A DNA stretch of 64,000 bases from Dehalococcoidia bacterium (GTDB lineage: Bacteria > Chloroflexota > Dehalococcoidia > UBA2979), in the NCBI GenBank assembly GCA_965262725.1, contig OZ253555.1, forward strand, positions 3,264,001-3,328,000, written 5' to 3'. Every line of letters starts with the position of its first letter. The stretch's first letter is position 1. A program made the translations under genes and the position numbers. Below are positions 22,293 through 32,385 of the stretch, one piece after another. The notes below the pieces were generated by a model. That model worked only from the letters and a program-made list of their open reading frames with translations, was not told where the DNA came from and searched no databases.

Positions 22293-23344
22293 AGCCTGTA
22301 CTTCCCGACCAGGCCCTGCGGCCGGAACAGCATCAACAGCACCAAGAGCACGCCCAGCACGGCCTGCCGGGCCTGGCCGATGGACTCGTTCGGAAGGAAC
22401 GGGACGAAGCGCATCCCCTCCTCGAGCAGGACGAAGGTCATCACCCCGAGCAGGGAGCCCCAGATCGTGGCCAGCCCGCCGAGGATGACGACGGAGACGA
22501 GAAGGATCGATTCCAGCAGCACGAAGGAGTACGGATCGACAAACCGCGCCCAGCTGCTGAACAGCCCGCCCGCGACCCCGGCCATCATCGCCGAGATCAC
22601 CCAGATCACGAACTTGTAGCGCGACACCCGATACCCGAAGACCTCGGTCGCGCGCTCATCCTCGCGTATCGCCAGCAGCACGCGGCCGAACGAGGAGGTT
22701 ACGACAAGCCACGACACGAGGGCGACGAGAGCAAGACAGAGAAGGGCGAATGCGAGGAACTCGGCGTCCGAGTCGAGCACCAACCCGCCCACCTCGGGCC
22801 TCGCGATGTCGTGGATGCCGAAGGCGCCCCTGGTCAGCTCAGTCCAGTTCAGGAAGACGTTGTAGCTGATCGTGGCGAAACCGAAGGTGACGAGCACGAA
22901 GATGTCGTCCCGGAAGCGGTTGAGCACGAGCCCGACCACGACCGCCGCGAGGCCTGCTGCGGCCGCACTGACGGGAAGCGCGGCGAAGAACGGCCACCCG
23001 AAGGTCGGGATGGCCTCCGTCCGGAGCTCCTCGTACGAGGTGCCGGAGGTGAGGATGGCCATCGCGTAGGCGCCGATGCCGAAGAATCCTACGTGCGCGA
23101 TCGAGAGCAGGCCCGTAAAGCCGACGACGAGATTAAGGCTGACCGCCAGGATCGCCCAGATCGCGAAGACGGTGCCCAAGGTCACGGCGAAGCCGGGGCC
23201 CTGCCACAGCAGGAACGCCGCCGCCCACGTGAGTATCACGAGGTTCGCCCACAGCTCGACGTTCCGCCCCTTCGCTGCGAGGAGCGCGGTCGGAACGCGC
23301 GTGGCCCCGACGATGCGCCGGAGGGGGTTCGTGCTCACGGCCAT
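22289..23344 (-). CDS. ABC transporter permease (LivM-like)
   Basis: SLNLVVGFTG, GR...AIREDE, ILGG and RPQGL motifs; hydrophobic. Confidence 0.9.
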   Translation of the reverse strand: MAVSTNPLRRIVGATRVPTALLAAKGRNVELWANLVILTWAAAFLLWQGPGFAVTLGTVFAIWAILAVSLNLVVGFTGLLSIAHVGFFGIGAYAMAILTSGTSYEELRTEAIPTFGWPFFAALPVSAAAAGLAAVVVGLVLNRFRDDIFVLVTFGFATISYNVFLNWTELTRGAFGIHDIARPEVGGLVLDSDAEFLAFALLCLALVALVSWLVVTSSFGRVLLAIREDERATEVFGYRVSRYKFVIWVISAMMAGVAGGLFSSWARFVDPYSFVLLESILLVSVVILGGLATIWGSLLGVMTFVLLEEGMRFVPFLPNESIGQARQAVLGVLLVLLMLFRPQGLVGKYRL

Positions 23345-23348
23345 CCCC

Positions 23349-24713
23349 CTAGCGCCTCGGCAGGAGGCCCGTGGGCCAGAACGAGAGGAAGAGAATCAGG
23401 ACGGCGAACGAGATCAGGTCCCTCCACTCGCCGGCGAGGTCCCAGATGCCGAACTGCTCGACCAAGCCCAGGGCGAACCCGCCGACCATCGCGCCGTAGA
23501 GATTCCCGATGCCGCCGACCACGGAGGCGATCCACCCCTTTATCAGCAGCAGGAGCCCCATCCGGGGCTGCACGGCGGTGTCGTGGCCGCTCAGCACGCC
23601 AGCCAGGGCGGCGAAGACCGCGCCGATGAAAAAGACGGTCGCGATCACGACCGTCGTGTTGATCCCGACGACCTTCGCCACCTCCTCGTCGTCGCCGACG
23701 GCGCGCACGGCCCTCCCGAAGGAGGTCGCGCTGAGGAGGAAGCGCAGGACGACGAGCCCGGCGATCGCCACCCCGATGGTGAAGAGGTTGAAGCCCTTGA
23801 TGCTCGCGCCGCCGATCACCTGCGGATCGCTGCCGAAGGCCTCCGGGAGCGGACGCGGCGCGCTCTGGAAGACCAGGGTGATGGCGGCGGTCGCGGCCAG
23901 CAGGACCCCCAGGGAGGCGACGAGCATGACGAGTGGCGAGTGGGCCCGCTCCCGCATGTAGATGTAGAGGCCCCGGTAGAGGGCGAGCCCGACCATTCCC
24001 GCCATCAAGCAGGAGACGGCCCAGCTCAGGTAGAGGCGCGAGCCCTCCTCGCCGGCGATCAGGAGCGCACAGTAGAGCCCCGCGATCCCCGATGCGGGCG
24101 CTGCCGCGGCGGCGAACGGCGCGAGGCCCCCGCGGGGGCGAAGGGAGCGGTAGGTCCGGTGGAGCGCCCAGGACGAGAGGAGCGCCACGGCCCCGCCCAC
24201 TGCCGGACTGAGCAGGACGTTGATCTCGCCGGGGAAGGCGAGGACGACGAGCGTGTAGAGGCCCGCGGCGGCGGAGACCACGCCCCCGGCGACGAGCAGC
24301 GTCGTCCGGCCGAACCGGCCCCGGAGCCGCCCGTAGAGCCAGGCGTGCAGTGTCCACGCCACCACCCCCGCGGTCACCGCGCCGAAGGCCACGTTGACGA
24401 ACGGGTTGTTCACCTCGTACTGCCCGCCGAGCGCCTCCTGGGACCTCAGGTAGAAGACCCCGTAGGCACCCATCGCCGCGGCCGCCCCGTAGGAGAGATC
24501 GAAGAACCACACGGTGCTGTAGACGACGGTGAATCCCATTGCGAGCAGCGCATAGACGGCGCCGACCGAGAGGCCGTTGAAGGTGAACTGCAGGGCCTGG
24601 TCCGGGGACTGGAGCACCTTCCACGAGACGTATCCGACCACCAGCGCCGCCAGCGCGATCGCCAGCGTCCGCTGATGGTCGCGGCGGCGGACGAACTGGT
24701 CCGGCAGCGGCAT
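23349..24713 (-). CDS. ABC transporter permease (LivH-like, extended)
   Basis: GAVYALLAMGFTVVY, GRAVRAV, VVGGIGN and PTGL motifs. Confidence 0.88.
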   Translation of the reverse strand: MPLPDQFVRRRDHQRTLAIALAALVVGYVSWKVLQSPDQALQFTFNGLSVGAVYALLAMGFTVVYSTVWFFDLSYGAAAAMGAYGVFYLRSQEALGGQYEVNNPFVNVAFGAVTAGVVAWTLHAWLYGRLRGRFGRTTLLVAGGVVSAAAGLYTLVVLAFPGEINVLLSPAVGGAVALLSSWALHRTYRSLRPRGGLAPFAAAAAPASGIAGLYCALLIAGEEGSRLYLSWAVSCLMAGMVGLALYRGLYIYMRERAHSPLVMLVASLGVLLAATAAITLVFQSAPRPLPEAFGSDPQVIGGASIKGFNLFTIGVAIAGLVVLRFLLSATSFGRAVRAVGDDEEVAKVVGINTTVVIATVFFIGAVFAALAGVLSGHDTAVQPRMGLLLLIKGWIASVVGGIGNLYGAMVGGFALGLVEQFGIWDLAGEWRDLISFAVLILFLSFWPTGLLPRR

Positions 24714-24848
24714 TCCTCACCCGCCCCGCACACAACGGCGCCCGCCGCCTCCGGCGGCCACGCCGACCCCGCGTCCCGATGCGACCCCGGGGTCGTCCCC
24801 ACCGTGCCGTCCCGGCGCTGGAGGCGTCCAGCGCCGCTCGAAGCGAAC

Positions 24849-26036
24849 TCAGTTCGTCGGGGCAGGACCCAGGACTTTGTAGCCGAAGTTCTCGTCGGTC
24901 CGCTCGGCGGTCGGGAGCACCTCCGCGACGATGTTCGTCAGCCCCACCACCTCGCCGTCCTCGTCGAAACTGTAACCCTGACCAATCGCGCCGCTCCACG
25001 TGATCTCGTAGAGGCAGTCCCGGAACCCGGCCGCGTCCTGGTCGTCGTTGGTCCTGCGGAGACACTCGGCGGTGATGTAGACGTCATCGTAGGCGGAGCC
25101 GACGTACCAGGGGAGCGTCACGTAGCCGTAGCGGTCCAGGAACCTTGTGAGCACCTCGGTGCCCCTCTCGTTAGCGGGATCGATGTCCGGCGTGATGACC
25201 TTCATACCCGTCGCTGCGTCGCCGGCGATCTGGAGCGCCGTCGTCCCGGCGGCGACCACCTCGCCGTAGATCGGTCCGCGGTAGCCGATCTCCCGCAGCT
25301 GCTTGACGATCGTCCCCCCCGCGAACTCGGACTGCGCGGCGACGTGGAGGGCGTCGGGGCCCGCCTCGACCAGCTTGGTCAGCTGAGTCCGGAAGTCGGT
25401 CGTGTCGGAGACGTATCGTTCAGCTCCGACCACCTCCCCGCCGAGCGTCTCGAACCGGGCGACGGTCGTTCGCCTCACGCCCTCGGCGTAGTCCGTCGCC
25501 TCCGTGATGGTCGCCAGGCGGCGGACCCCGTCGGCCCACATCACGTTGCCGGTGTCGATCCCCACCTGGGTGTCGCTGATCGCGGTCCGGAAGATGAAGT
25601 CCCCGGCACCCGCGATGTCCGGGTTCGTAGCCAGCCCGGAGAAGAGGACGACGCCGTCCTCCTCGGCGAGCGGCGCTGCGCCGAGCATCGCGCCGCTGCA
25701 CGACGTCCCGAGGATGATCTTCACGTCGTCGACGTCCGTCAGCTTGTGATAGGCCGTGATGGCGTCCTGTGCGTTGCACTTCTCGTCCTCGACGACGAGC
25801 TCCAGCGGACGCCCGTTGATGCCGCCCGCGGCGTTGATCTCGTCGACGGCCATCTGCTTCGCCTGCACCGACACCGTGCCGTACGTCTCCCCGGGACCGG
25901 TGACCGATTCCATCACGCCGACCCGGAACGGCTCCTCCCCGTCGCCCTCCTGATCGCTACCGCAGGCGATCGTCCCGCCAATCAGGAGCAGCGCACAGAC
26001 CAGCCACACCAGAGAGCGCCTCGTCAGGGTCCACAT
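24849..26036 (-). CDS. ABC transporter substrate-binding lipoprotein (LivK-like)
   Basis: Lipobox IAC, AVDEINAAGGINGRP, and position at the head of the liv-type operon. Confidence 0.9.
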   Translation of the reverse strand: MWTLTRRSLVWLVCALLLIGGTIACGSDQEGDGEEPFRVGVMESVTGPGETYGTVSVQAKQMAVDEINAAGGINGRPLELVVEDEKCNAQDAITAYHKLTDVDDVKIILGTSCSGAMLGAAPLAEEDGVVLFSGLATNPDIAGAGDFIFRTAISDTQVGIDTGNVMWADGVRRLATITEATDYAEGVRRTTVARFETLGGEVVGAERYVSDTTDFRTQLTKLVEAGPDALHVAAQSEFAGGTIVKQLREIGYRGPIYGEVVAAGTTALQIAGDAATGMKVITPDIDPANERGTEVLTRFLDRYGYVTLPWYVGSAYDDVYITAECLRRTNDDQDAAGFRDCLYEITWSGAIGQGYSFDEDGEVVGLTNIVAEVLPTAERTDENFGYKVLGPAPTN

Positions 26037-26159
26037 CGCACCGCTCCTTCCCGGGGACTGGCCACGCCTCCTCCAAATCCTAGCCCCGAGCCGCGGACGA
26101 TGGCGACTTCCACCACGGCGAATCTTTTCTAATTCGTAAGGATCGCCGTCTACCGTGAA

Positions 26160-28040
26160 GTGAGCGCGGGGCGATCGGCGCCCGCCGGCGGTGGTGTGAG
26201 GGACGGGACAGCCGTGCTGCATCAGCTTCGCGAGCTTCGTGCGCAGTGGCCCGGTGCTGTGGCAGGGGTGGTCGGCGCCGCGACGGCGCTGGCCATCGGC
26301 GATCTCGCGGCGCGCCTCCTCGAGGGGGCGTCGCTCATCGTCGCCATCGGCGACGTCATCATCGACCGCTCGCCGAGCGCCGTTACCGGCGCGGCGATTG
26401 AGATCTTCGGCACGAACGACAAGCCCGCTCTGATCGTCGGCATCATCGCCACCTCGCTGCTGCTCGGAGCCCTCCTTGGCATGCTCTCGATGCGCTCGCG
26501 CGCGATCGGCGTCCTGACCCTGGCGGCCTTCGCGTTCGTCGGCGGACTCGCCGCGGCCCACGATCCCCTCACCTCGGGCGCGCAGGCCTGGATCACGGCT
26601 GCCGCCGCCGGCGGTGCGGGCACCGCGGCGCTCCTCGGCCTGCTCCACCTATCCGCCGCGGCCGGCACGGCGGCCGACGACTCGTTCCCCGACCCGGCCG
26701 TGAAGCGCCTGGGGCGCCGGCGGTTCCTCTCCGTCGTCGGCGGCGGGCTGGCGGCGGCGGCGATCTCGGTGCCCCTCGGACGGCGTCTGATCGGACCGGC
26801 AGTCGACGTCGAGGCACAGCGGGCCGCCATCGTGCTGCCCCCGCCGAGTGCCTCCTCGCGGGCGCGGCCCCCGGCGACCCGGACCGCCCCGGCGCCCTCG
26901 GCGACCCCGGCAGCCGGCGGCACACCCGGCGTGGGAGCGACCGCGACGCCCGCCCCCACGCCGGCGGCGGCAGCCGAGTCCCCCGGCCCCGAGGCAACGG
27001 CGACCGGGACCGCGCCCGAGGCGACGCGCCAGCCCACCCCGGATCAGACGCCCGAGCCGACGCCCGAACCCACGCCCGCGCCCACACCCACGCCCGCGCC
27101 GGTCGTCCGCGGCCCCGAGGCAGTCCCGGGGATCTCGCCGCTCGTCACGCCGAACAGCGAGTTCTACCGGATCGATACGGCGCTCGCGGTGCCGCGCGTC
27201 GACAGCGCCCAGTGGCGGCTCCGGATCACCGGAATGGTCGACCGCCCGGCGGAGTTCACCTTCGACGACCTGCTCGCCATGAACCTCCGCGAGGAGTCAG
27301 TGACCCTCGCCTGCGTCTCCAACGACGTGGGCGGCAGCCTCGTCGGCAACGCCTACTGGCTTGGCGTCCCACTGCCCACGCTGCTGCGCGCGGCCGGCGT
27401 CCAGGCCGGAGCCTCGCAGGTGATCGGGCGCTCCGTCGACGGTTTCACCGTCGGCTTCCCGACCGACGTCGCGCTGGACGGGCGCGAGTCGATGGTCGTG
27501 GTCGGCATGAACGGCGAGCCCCTCCCGGCGGAGCACGGCTTCCCGGCCCGCCTGATCGTCCCGGGACTCTACGGCTACGTCTCGGCGACGAAATGGCTCG
27601 GTGAGATCGAGCTCTCCACGCTCGAAGGCTTCGACGCGTACTGGGTGCGGCGAGCGTGGGCCAAGGAGGCTCCGATCAAGCTCCAGTCGCGCATCGACGT
27701 GCCGGAAGCGGGCGGCGGGCTCAGGGCGGGCAACGTCCGCGTCGCCGGCGTGGCCTGGGGCGGTCTGCGGGGCGTGAGCGGCGTTCAGCTTCGGGCGAGC
27801 GATCTGGCAGGGGGTGCGCGTTCGCAGGAGGAGGGGTGGATCGGCGCCGTCCTCAGCGAGGAGCTCTCCGACAGCAGCTGGCGCCAGTGGGTCGTCGACT
27901 GGCCGGCCACCGCCGGAAGCTTCGAGCTCGAGGTCCGCGCGATCGATCGCAGCGGAGTGGTGCAGACCGCGCAGGTGCGGCCCAAGCAGCCGGACGGCGC
28001 CACCGGACACCACACGATCCGCGTCACCGTGAACGCGTAG
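26160..28040 (+). CDS. membrane-anchored molybdopterin oxidoreductase (sulfite oxidase family)
   Basis: N-terminal TM region, Pro/Thr/Ala linker, FYRIDTAL, TLACVSN (Mo-ligand Cys) and HGFPARLIVPGLYGYVSATKW. Start uncertain. Confidence 0.88.
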   Translation: MSAGRSAPAGGGVRDGTAVLHQLRELRAQWPGAVAGVVGAATALAIGDLAARLLEGASLIVAIGDVIIDRSPSAVTGAAIEIFGTNDKPALIVGIIATSLLLGALLGMLSMRSRAIGVLTLAAFAFVGGLAAAHDPLTSGAQAWITAAAAGGAGTAALLGLLHLSAAAGTAADDSFPDPAVKRLGRRRFLSVVGGGLAAAAISVPLGRRLIGPAVDVEAQRAAIVLPPPSASSRARPPATRTAPAPSATPAAGGTPGVGATATPAPTPAAAAESPGPEATATGTAPEATRQPTPDQTPEPTPEPTPAPTPTPAPVVRGPEAVPGISPLVTPNSEFYRIDTALAVPRVDSAQWRLRITGMVDRPAEFTFDDLLAMNLREESVTLACVSNDVGGSLVGNAYWLGVPLPTLLRAAGVQAGASQVIGRSVDGFTVGFPTDVALDGRESMVVVGMNGEPLPAEHGFPARLIVPGLYGYVSATKWLGEIELSTLEGFDAYWVRRAWAKEAPIKLQSRIDVPEAGGGLRAGNVRVAGVAWGGLRGVSGVQLRASDLAGGARSQEEGWIGAVLSEELSDSSWRQWVVDWPATAGSFELEVRAIDRSGVVQTAQVRPKQPDGATGHHTIRVTVNA

Positions 28041-28224
28041 CGAGCCTCGCCCGGGGCGCCCGAACGACGGTATCCATCGTGTCGCGCGCCCGGCGCGTAC
28101 CGCGCCGAGGCCGGATGCTATGCCCGGACGTCGGGGCCATACTACGATCCGGCGGGACACCGGCTGACGACGGAGGGCCCGGCGCCCCGGGGCGTGGGCG
28201 AGGCCGGGTGGGAGGAAATCGCAG

Positions 28225-29163
28225 ATGAGTCGACCGGGGCTTGAGCCGCTCGTGCGGTCGCTGCTCGTGCTCGCGCCCGCCGTGCTCGCCGGCGTGCTCG
28301 CCGTCCAGGCCGGCTGGTTCGGCGGCACCGGCCACCCGTCGGCCGTGGTCGGCGGGGGGACGGCGGCATCCGCCCGGGCGACGGTCCCGACGGCCGGACT
28401 TCCGTCCCCGGAGGCGCTCGACGAGGTGGTACGCGCCCTGCTCGCCGCGATGAGCGGCGACGGCGCCGACCTCTTCTCCGGGGCGCCCGCCGAGCTGCCG
28501 CCGGCGCTCCGCACGTTCTTCCGCGAGTCGGGCGCCGACCTGCTGCTGGGCGTCGCGGTTGCGGACGTCGGCGGCACGGTCACAGTGGCGACCGTCTTCC
28601 CCGGGGCGCCCGCCGAGCGCGCCGGGCTCGAAGCCGGCGACGTGATCACGGCGCTCGACGACGTGCCGATCGCGAGCGGCTCCGAGCTGCGCGCCGCCGT
28701 CGAGGCGGTGGAGCCGGGCACGACGTACGCGCTGACGCTCCGCCGCGTGGGCGCGGTCGAGGCGGTCGAGATCGTGCGGGAGGCACCGCCCGGCGGCGAC
28801 GCCTGGCGCGCCGAGCTGCTGAGAACGCTCGCACTGGGACTCATGCTTGCCGACCGTCCGTCCGGCCCGGCCCTCCCCCCCTCGCTGCTCGGCGAACTGG
28901 TCGAGGAGACGCCGGACGGCCTGCGTGTCTTCGCCGTCTTCCCGGGATCTCCGGCGGATCAGGCGGGGCTCAGGCCGGGCGATCTCCTGATAGCGGTCGA
29001 CGGCCACGAACTGTCGACGCTCGCCGACGTCCGCTCCGTGACCCGCCTCCCCTTCCCCGCCTCGGGCGACATCGAGGTCACCCTCGAGCGGGACGGTGAG
29101 CGAATGACGCTCCTCGTCGGGTTCGCGGTCGGCGGAATGTTCGGGCAGCCGAGCGAGTCGTAG
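28225..29163 (+). CDS. membrane/secreted protein with two PDZ domains
   Basis: Two VFPG[A/S]PA..AGL..GD motifs and an N-terminal hydrophobic segment; no protease domain seen. Confidence 0.75.
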   Translation: MSRPGLEPLVRSLLVLAPAVLAGVLAVQAGWFGGTGHPSAVVGGGTAASARATVPTAGLPSPEALDEVVRALLAAMSGDGADLFSGAPAELPPALRTFFRESGADLLLGVAVADVGGTVTVATVFPGAPAERAGLEAGDVITALDDVPIASGSELRAAVEAVEPGTTYALTLRRVGAVEAVEIVREAPPGGDAWRAELLRTLALGLMLADRPSGPALPPSLLGELVEETPDGLRVFAVFPGSPADQAGLRPGDLLIAVDGHELSTLADVRSVTRLPFPASGDIEVTLERDGERMTLLVGFAVGGMFGQPSES

Positions 29164-29313
29164 CAGCAGCACGCCCGGGCCACCGGGTGTCGCCTCTCCG
29201 CCGCCCCCGACGCGGCAGCCGAGCCCTGCGAGAGACGCCGGGCGGGGTTCGCGGCGGATCGCCTCGCCCTCCTGCCCCGCATGCGTGAAAGAGCGACCGG
29301 TTCGGGACGGGGC

Positions 29314-30588
29314 CTAGGCCTCCGCGACCGCGGTCACCGGCCGCTGGAAGCGCCCCCGGACGAGCACGTCCCGTAGGTCGGAGAGCAGAAACGCGGCGAC
29401 CACGAAGATCACGATCCAGAGCAGGGCCGGGATCGCCATCAGGGGCCGCACGCCCACCGTGTCGGCGAGGGCGCCGAAGCCGAGATTCACTACCGCCATG
29501 TGGCCGGCGGCCATCATCATGTAGATCGCAAGGACGCGCCCGCGCAACGAGTCGGGCACGATCTCCTGCACCAGCATCTGCGAGATCGCCATGAAGGTCG
29601 CCTGCGTGCCGCCGGCGAGGACGGCGCCGATCACCGCGACGGCGGGGGAGTCCGCCGCGCCCATGACCAGCATCGCGAGGCCGCTGCCGGCACCGGTGAC
29701 GATCAGGGCGAAGCCCCGGGGCGCATCGCGGTGCACCATCGAGATGGCGAGCGTGCCGACGATCGCCCCCGCGCCGATGCCCATGACCAGCGCGCTGAAG
29801 GTGCCGCTGCCGCCGCCGAGATCGGTGGCCAGCCTCGGGAGCAGCGCGTTGAAGGCCATCGTGAACGAGCAGTGGAAGACGACGAGGCCGATCACGAGCC
29901 GCAGGCGCTGATCTTCCCAGGCGTGGGCGAAGCCGCGGCCGACGTCGGTGACCACCCCGCGTGTGCCGAGAATCCCCTCGCCCAGCTCCGAGCGATACGC
30001 GACGCGGGCGAGCGAGGCGATCGCGACAGAGAGGACCGCCGCGGAGAGCACGAACACCGAGGCGGCCCCCAGCGTTGCGAGCAGCACGCCGCCGAAGAGG
30101 GGCCCCGCGATCCGCGACCCGTGGACGGTGATACCCCCGAGGGCCACCGCGTTCATCAGGTGCTCGCGCGGCACCAGGTTGGCCAAGAGGGCACGCTGCG
30201 CCGGCATCGCCGCGGCCTGGCCCCAGCCCTGTACCGCCGCGAGCAGCACGACGTGCCAGACCTCCACGAGGCCCGTGAAGGTCAGCAACGCGAGCACGAG
30301 CGACGCCGCCAGCGAGAGCATCAGTGCCGCCAGCGCGAGCTTTCGGCGGTCGACGCGGTCGGCGACCGCCCCGGCGAACGGGCCGACCACCACGAACTGC
30401 ACCGCGCCCGCGAAGAAGGTGAGCCCCACCGCGAAGGAGGAGCCGGAGAGATCGAAGACGAGCCAGCTCTGCGCGAGGACGAGCGCCCAGCGCGAGGCGG
30501 AGGCGAAGAAGAAGCTGATGAAGAGGCGGCGAAAGTCCACCGACTGGAAGGCCGGCATGCGCCTCAGGAGGACCGACTTGCTGCTCAC
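29314..30588 (-). CDS. MFS transporter
   Basis: GAVADRVDRR motif A, about 12 hydrophobic segments, and PDSLRGRV. Confidence 0.9.
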   Translation of the reverse strand: MSSKSVLLRRMPAFQSVDFRRLFISFFFASASRWALVLAQSWLVFDLSGSSFAVGLTFFAGAVQFVVVGPFAGAVADRVDRRKLALAALMLSLAASLVLALLTFTGLVEVWHVVLLAAVQGWGQAAAMPAQRALLANLVPREHLMNAVALGGITVHGSRIAGPLFGGVLLATLGAASVFVLSAAVLSVAIASLARVAYRSELGEGILGTRGVVTDVGRGFAHAWEDQRLRLVIGLVVFHCSFTMAFNALLPRLATDLGGGSGTFSALVMGIGAGAIVGTLAISMVHRDAPRGFALIVTGAGSGLAMLVMGAADSPAVAVIGAVLAGGTQATFMAISQMLVQEIVPDSLRGRVLAIYMMMAAGHMAVVNLGFGALADTVGVRPLMAIPALLWIVIFVVAAFLLSDLRDVLVRGRFQRPVTAVAEA

Positions 30589-30606
30589 GGCGACAGCCTA
30601 CTGTAT

Positions 30607-32251
30607 CCCTGATCCACCGAAGAAGAGTGCGCGAGCGGCTGGGGTTGGGTGCTCCGCTGTAGCTGGGACAATGGTTTTTGACCGAATCACGTCACAGCCA
30701 CAGGGAGCACCCATTCGATGTTAGCAACGAGCAGCCCCGACCGGATACACATCGCCTTCGACGACGACCGCCTCGTGGACCACGCGGGCCTGCTGCTCCC
30801 GGCCACGCTCGCTGGCCGGCTCGGCCTCCGTGAACTGGCAGACGCCCACCTCGACCTCGGTGACGCAGCGGGGCGGGCGAACGTCGGCGACAAGCTGATG
30901 ACTCTCATCGCCTCGGCGCTCGCGGGCGGCGACTGCATCGATGACGCCGATGCCATGCGCTCAGGCGGCGCCGGGCGCGTGCTCGGCTGCACGGTGAAGG
31001 CGCCGTCCACCCTCGGGACGTTCCTGCGCAGCTTCCGCTGGGGCCACGTCCGCCAGCTCGACCGCATCAGCCGCGAGTTGCTGGCCCGCAGTTGGGCGGC
31101 CGGGGCGGGACCCGGCGCGGCGCCGTTCACGATCGACCTCGACTCGACGCTCTGCGAGACCTACGGACTGGCGAAAGAGGGCGCCCGGCACCACGGCTAC
31201 ACGGGCGTGCGCGGCTATCACCCGCTGCTCGCGGTGGCGGCCGGGACGGGTGAGGTGCTGATGGCCCGGCTGCGCGGGGGCCGTGCCAACACCGCTCGGG
31301 GGGCCGCCCACTTCCTGCGTGAGACGGTGGGCCGGGTGCGCGACGCCGGGGCGAGCGGGCAGCTCACGGTGCGCGCCGACAGCGGCTTCTACAACCACGC
31401 TGTCGTCGCCGTCTGTCGCAAGCAGGATGTCCGCTTCTCCATCACCATTCGCCAGCAGCCGAACGTACGCCGGCTGATCGAGGCGATACCGGAAGAGGAC
31501 TGGACGCCGATCCCGTACTGGCAGGACGACGGCGCCGCTGTCGCCGAGACGACCTACACGCCGTTCCAGCACACGAGGGACGCCACCGCGGTGCGGCTCA
31601 TCGTGCGGCGCGTCAAGCCGACGCCCGGCTCACAGCTCGCGCTCTTCGTGAACTACAGTTACCACGCCTTCATCACCGATCGCGCGGGGGAGATGATGGA
31701 GCTGGAGGCCGACCATCGCCGTCACGCCGAGATCGAGAACGCGATCCGCGACCTCAAGTACGGCGTCGGGTTGAACCATCTCCCCTCGGGCCGCTTCGCC
31801 GCGAACGCGGCGTGGCTCGCGGTGCAGGTGATCGCGCACAACCTCGCCCGCTGGACGGCACGCCTCGGGCTCGGCGAGGGGATCGTGACGACCAGGACGC
31901 TCAGGCGGCGCTACTTCTCTCTCGCCGGACGGCTCACCCACTCTGCCCGGCGGTGGACCCTGCACCTCCCGAAGCGCTGGCCCTGGGCCGGGCAGCTGGC
32001 AGCCGCGCTCGCGCGACTACGGGCGATACCGCTCCCGACCTGACGCCCGCTCACAGCGCCGAACCGGAGCCGAAGCTCGCGCCAGCATGCCCGCGCACGC
32101 CTCGCGCACCCTCAGCGCCCCCGAGCGGCGCTGAGCGACGACTCCTGGCTCCGGCCCGCCCCCGGCGCCGCCCGGCGAACGCCGACACACCCGTCGAACT
32201 CTCCGGCAGCCCGGCACCCCGCCTCGTCAAGCTTCGTTCGGTGGATTCGAG
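30607..32251 (+). mobile_element. IS1380-family insertion sequence, intact copy 1
   Basis: Ends CCCTGATCCACCGAA and TTCGGTGGATTCGAG (imperfect IR). 5-bp TSD TGTAT at 30602-30606 and 32252-32256. Confidence 0.93.
30718..32043 (+). CDS. IS1380-family DDE transposase
   Basis: IDLDST, GYHPL, RADSGF, HAEIEN.I.DLK and PSGRF.ANAAW motifs. Confidence 0.93.
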   Translation: MLATSSPDRIHIAFDDDRLVDHAGLLLPATLAGRLGLRELADAHLDLGDAAGRANVGDKLMTLIASALAGGDCIDDADAMRSGGAGRVLGCTVKAPSTLGTFLRSFRWGHVRQLDRISRELLARSWAAGAGPGAAPFTIDLDSTLCETYGLAKEGARHHGYTGVRGYHPLLAVAAGTGEVLMARLRGGRANTARGAAHFLRETVGRVRDAGASGQLTVRADSGFYNHAVVAVCRKQDVRFSITIRQQPNVRRLIEAIPEEDWTPIPYWQDDGAAVAETTYTPFQHTRDATAVRLIVRRVKPTPGSQLALFVNYSYHAFITDRAGEMMELEADHRRHAEIENAIRDLKYGVGLNHLPSGRFAANAAWLAVQVIAHNLARWTARLGLGEGIVTTRTLRRRYFSLAGRLTHSARRWTLHLPKRWPWAGQLAAALARLRAIPLPT

Positions 32252-32385
32252 TGTATTCAGGTCCCGCGGCGCGTACGAGTCAGGACGGGGCAAGCCGGCG
32301 GGCGCGCTCTCCCTTCGGTCCCGTCGCGGGGACGGTCCCCTGGCGCCGAGCGGGCGCCCGCGCAGACCGTTGCGGGCGCGGCGCT

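Noticed and set aside
23076-26132. 1018-aa plus-strand ORF and many similar Arg/Pro/Ala-rich ORFs
   Set aside because: Antisense to the well-supported liv genes, with no motifs; a GC-bias artefact.
26870-27100. Repetitive ACGCCCG units as a CRISPR or DNA repeat array
   Set aside because: They encode the Pro/Thr/Glu linker of the oxidoreductase. There is no repeat-spacer structure and no cas gene in the window.
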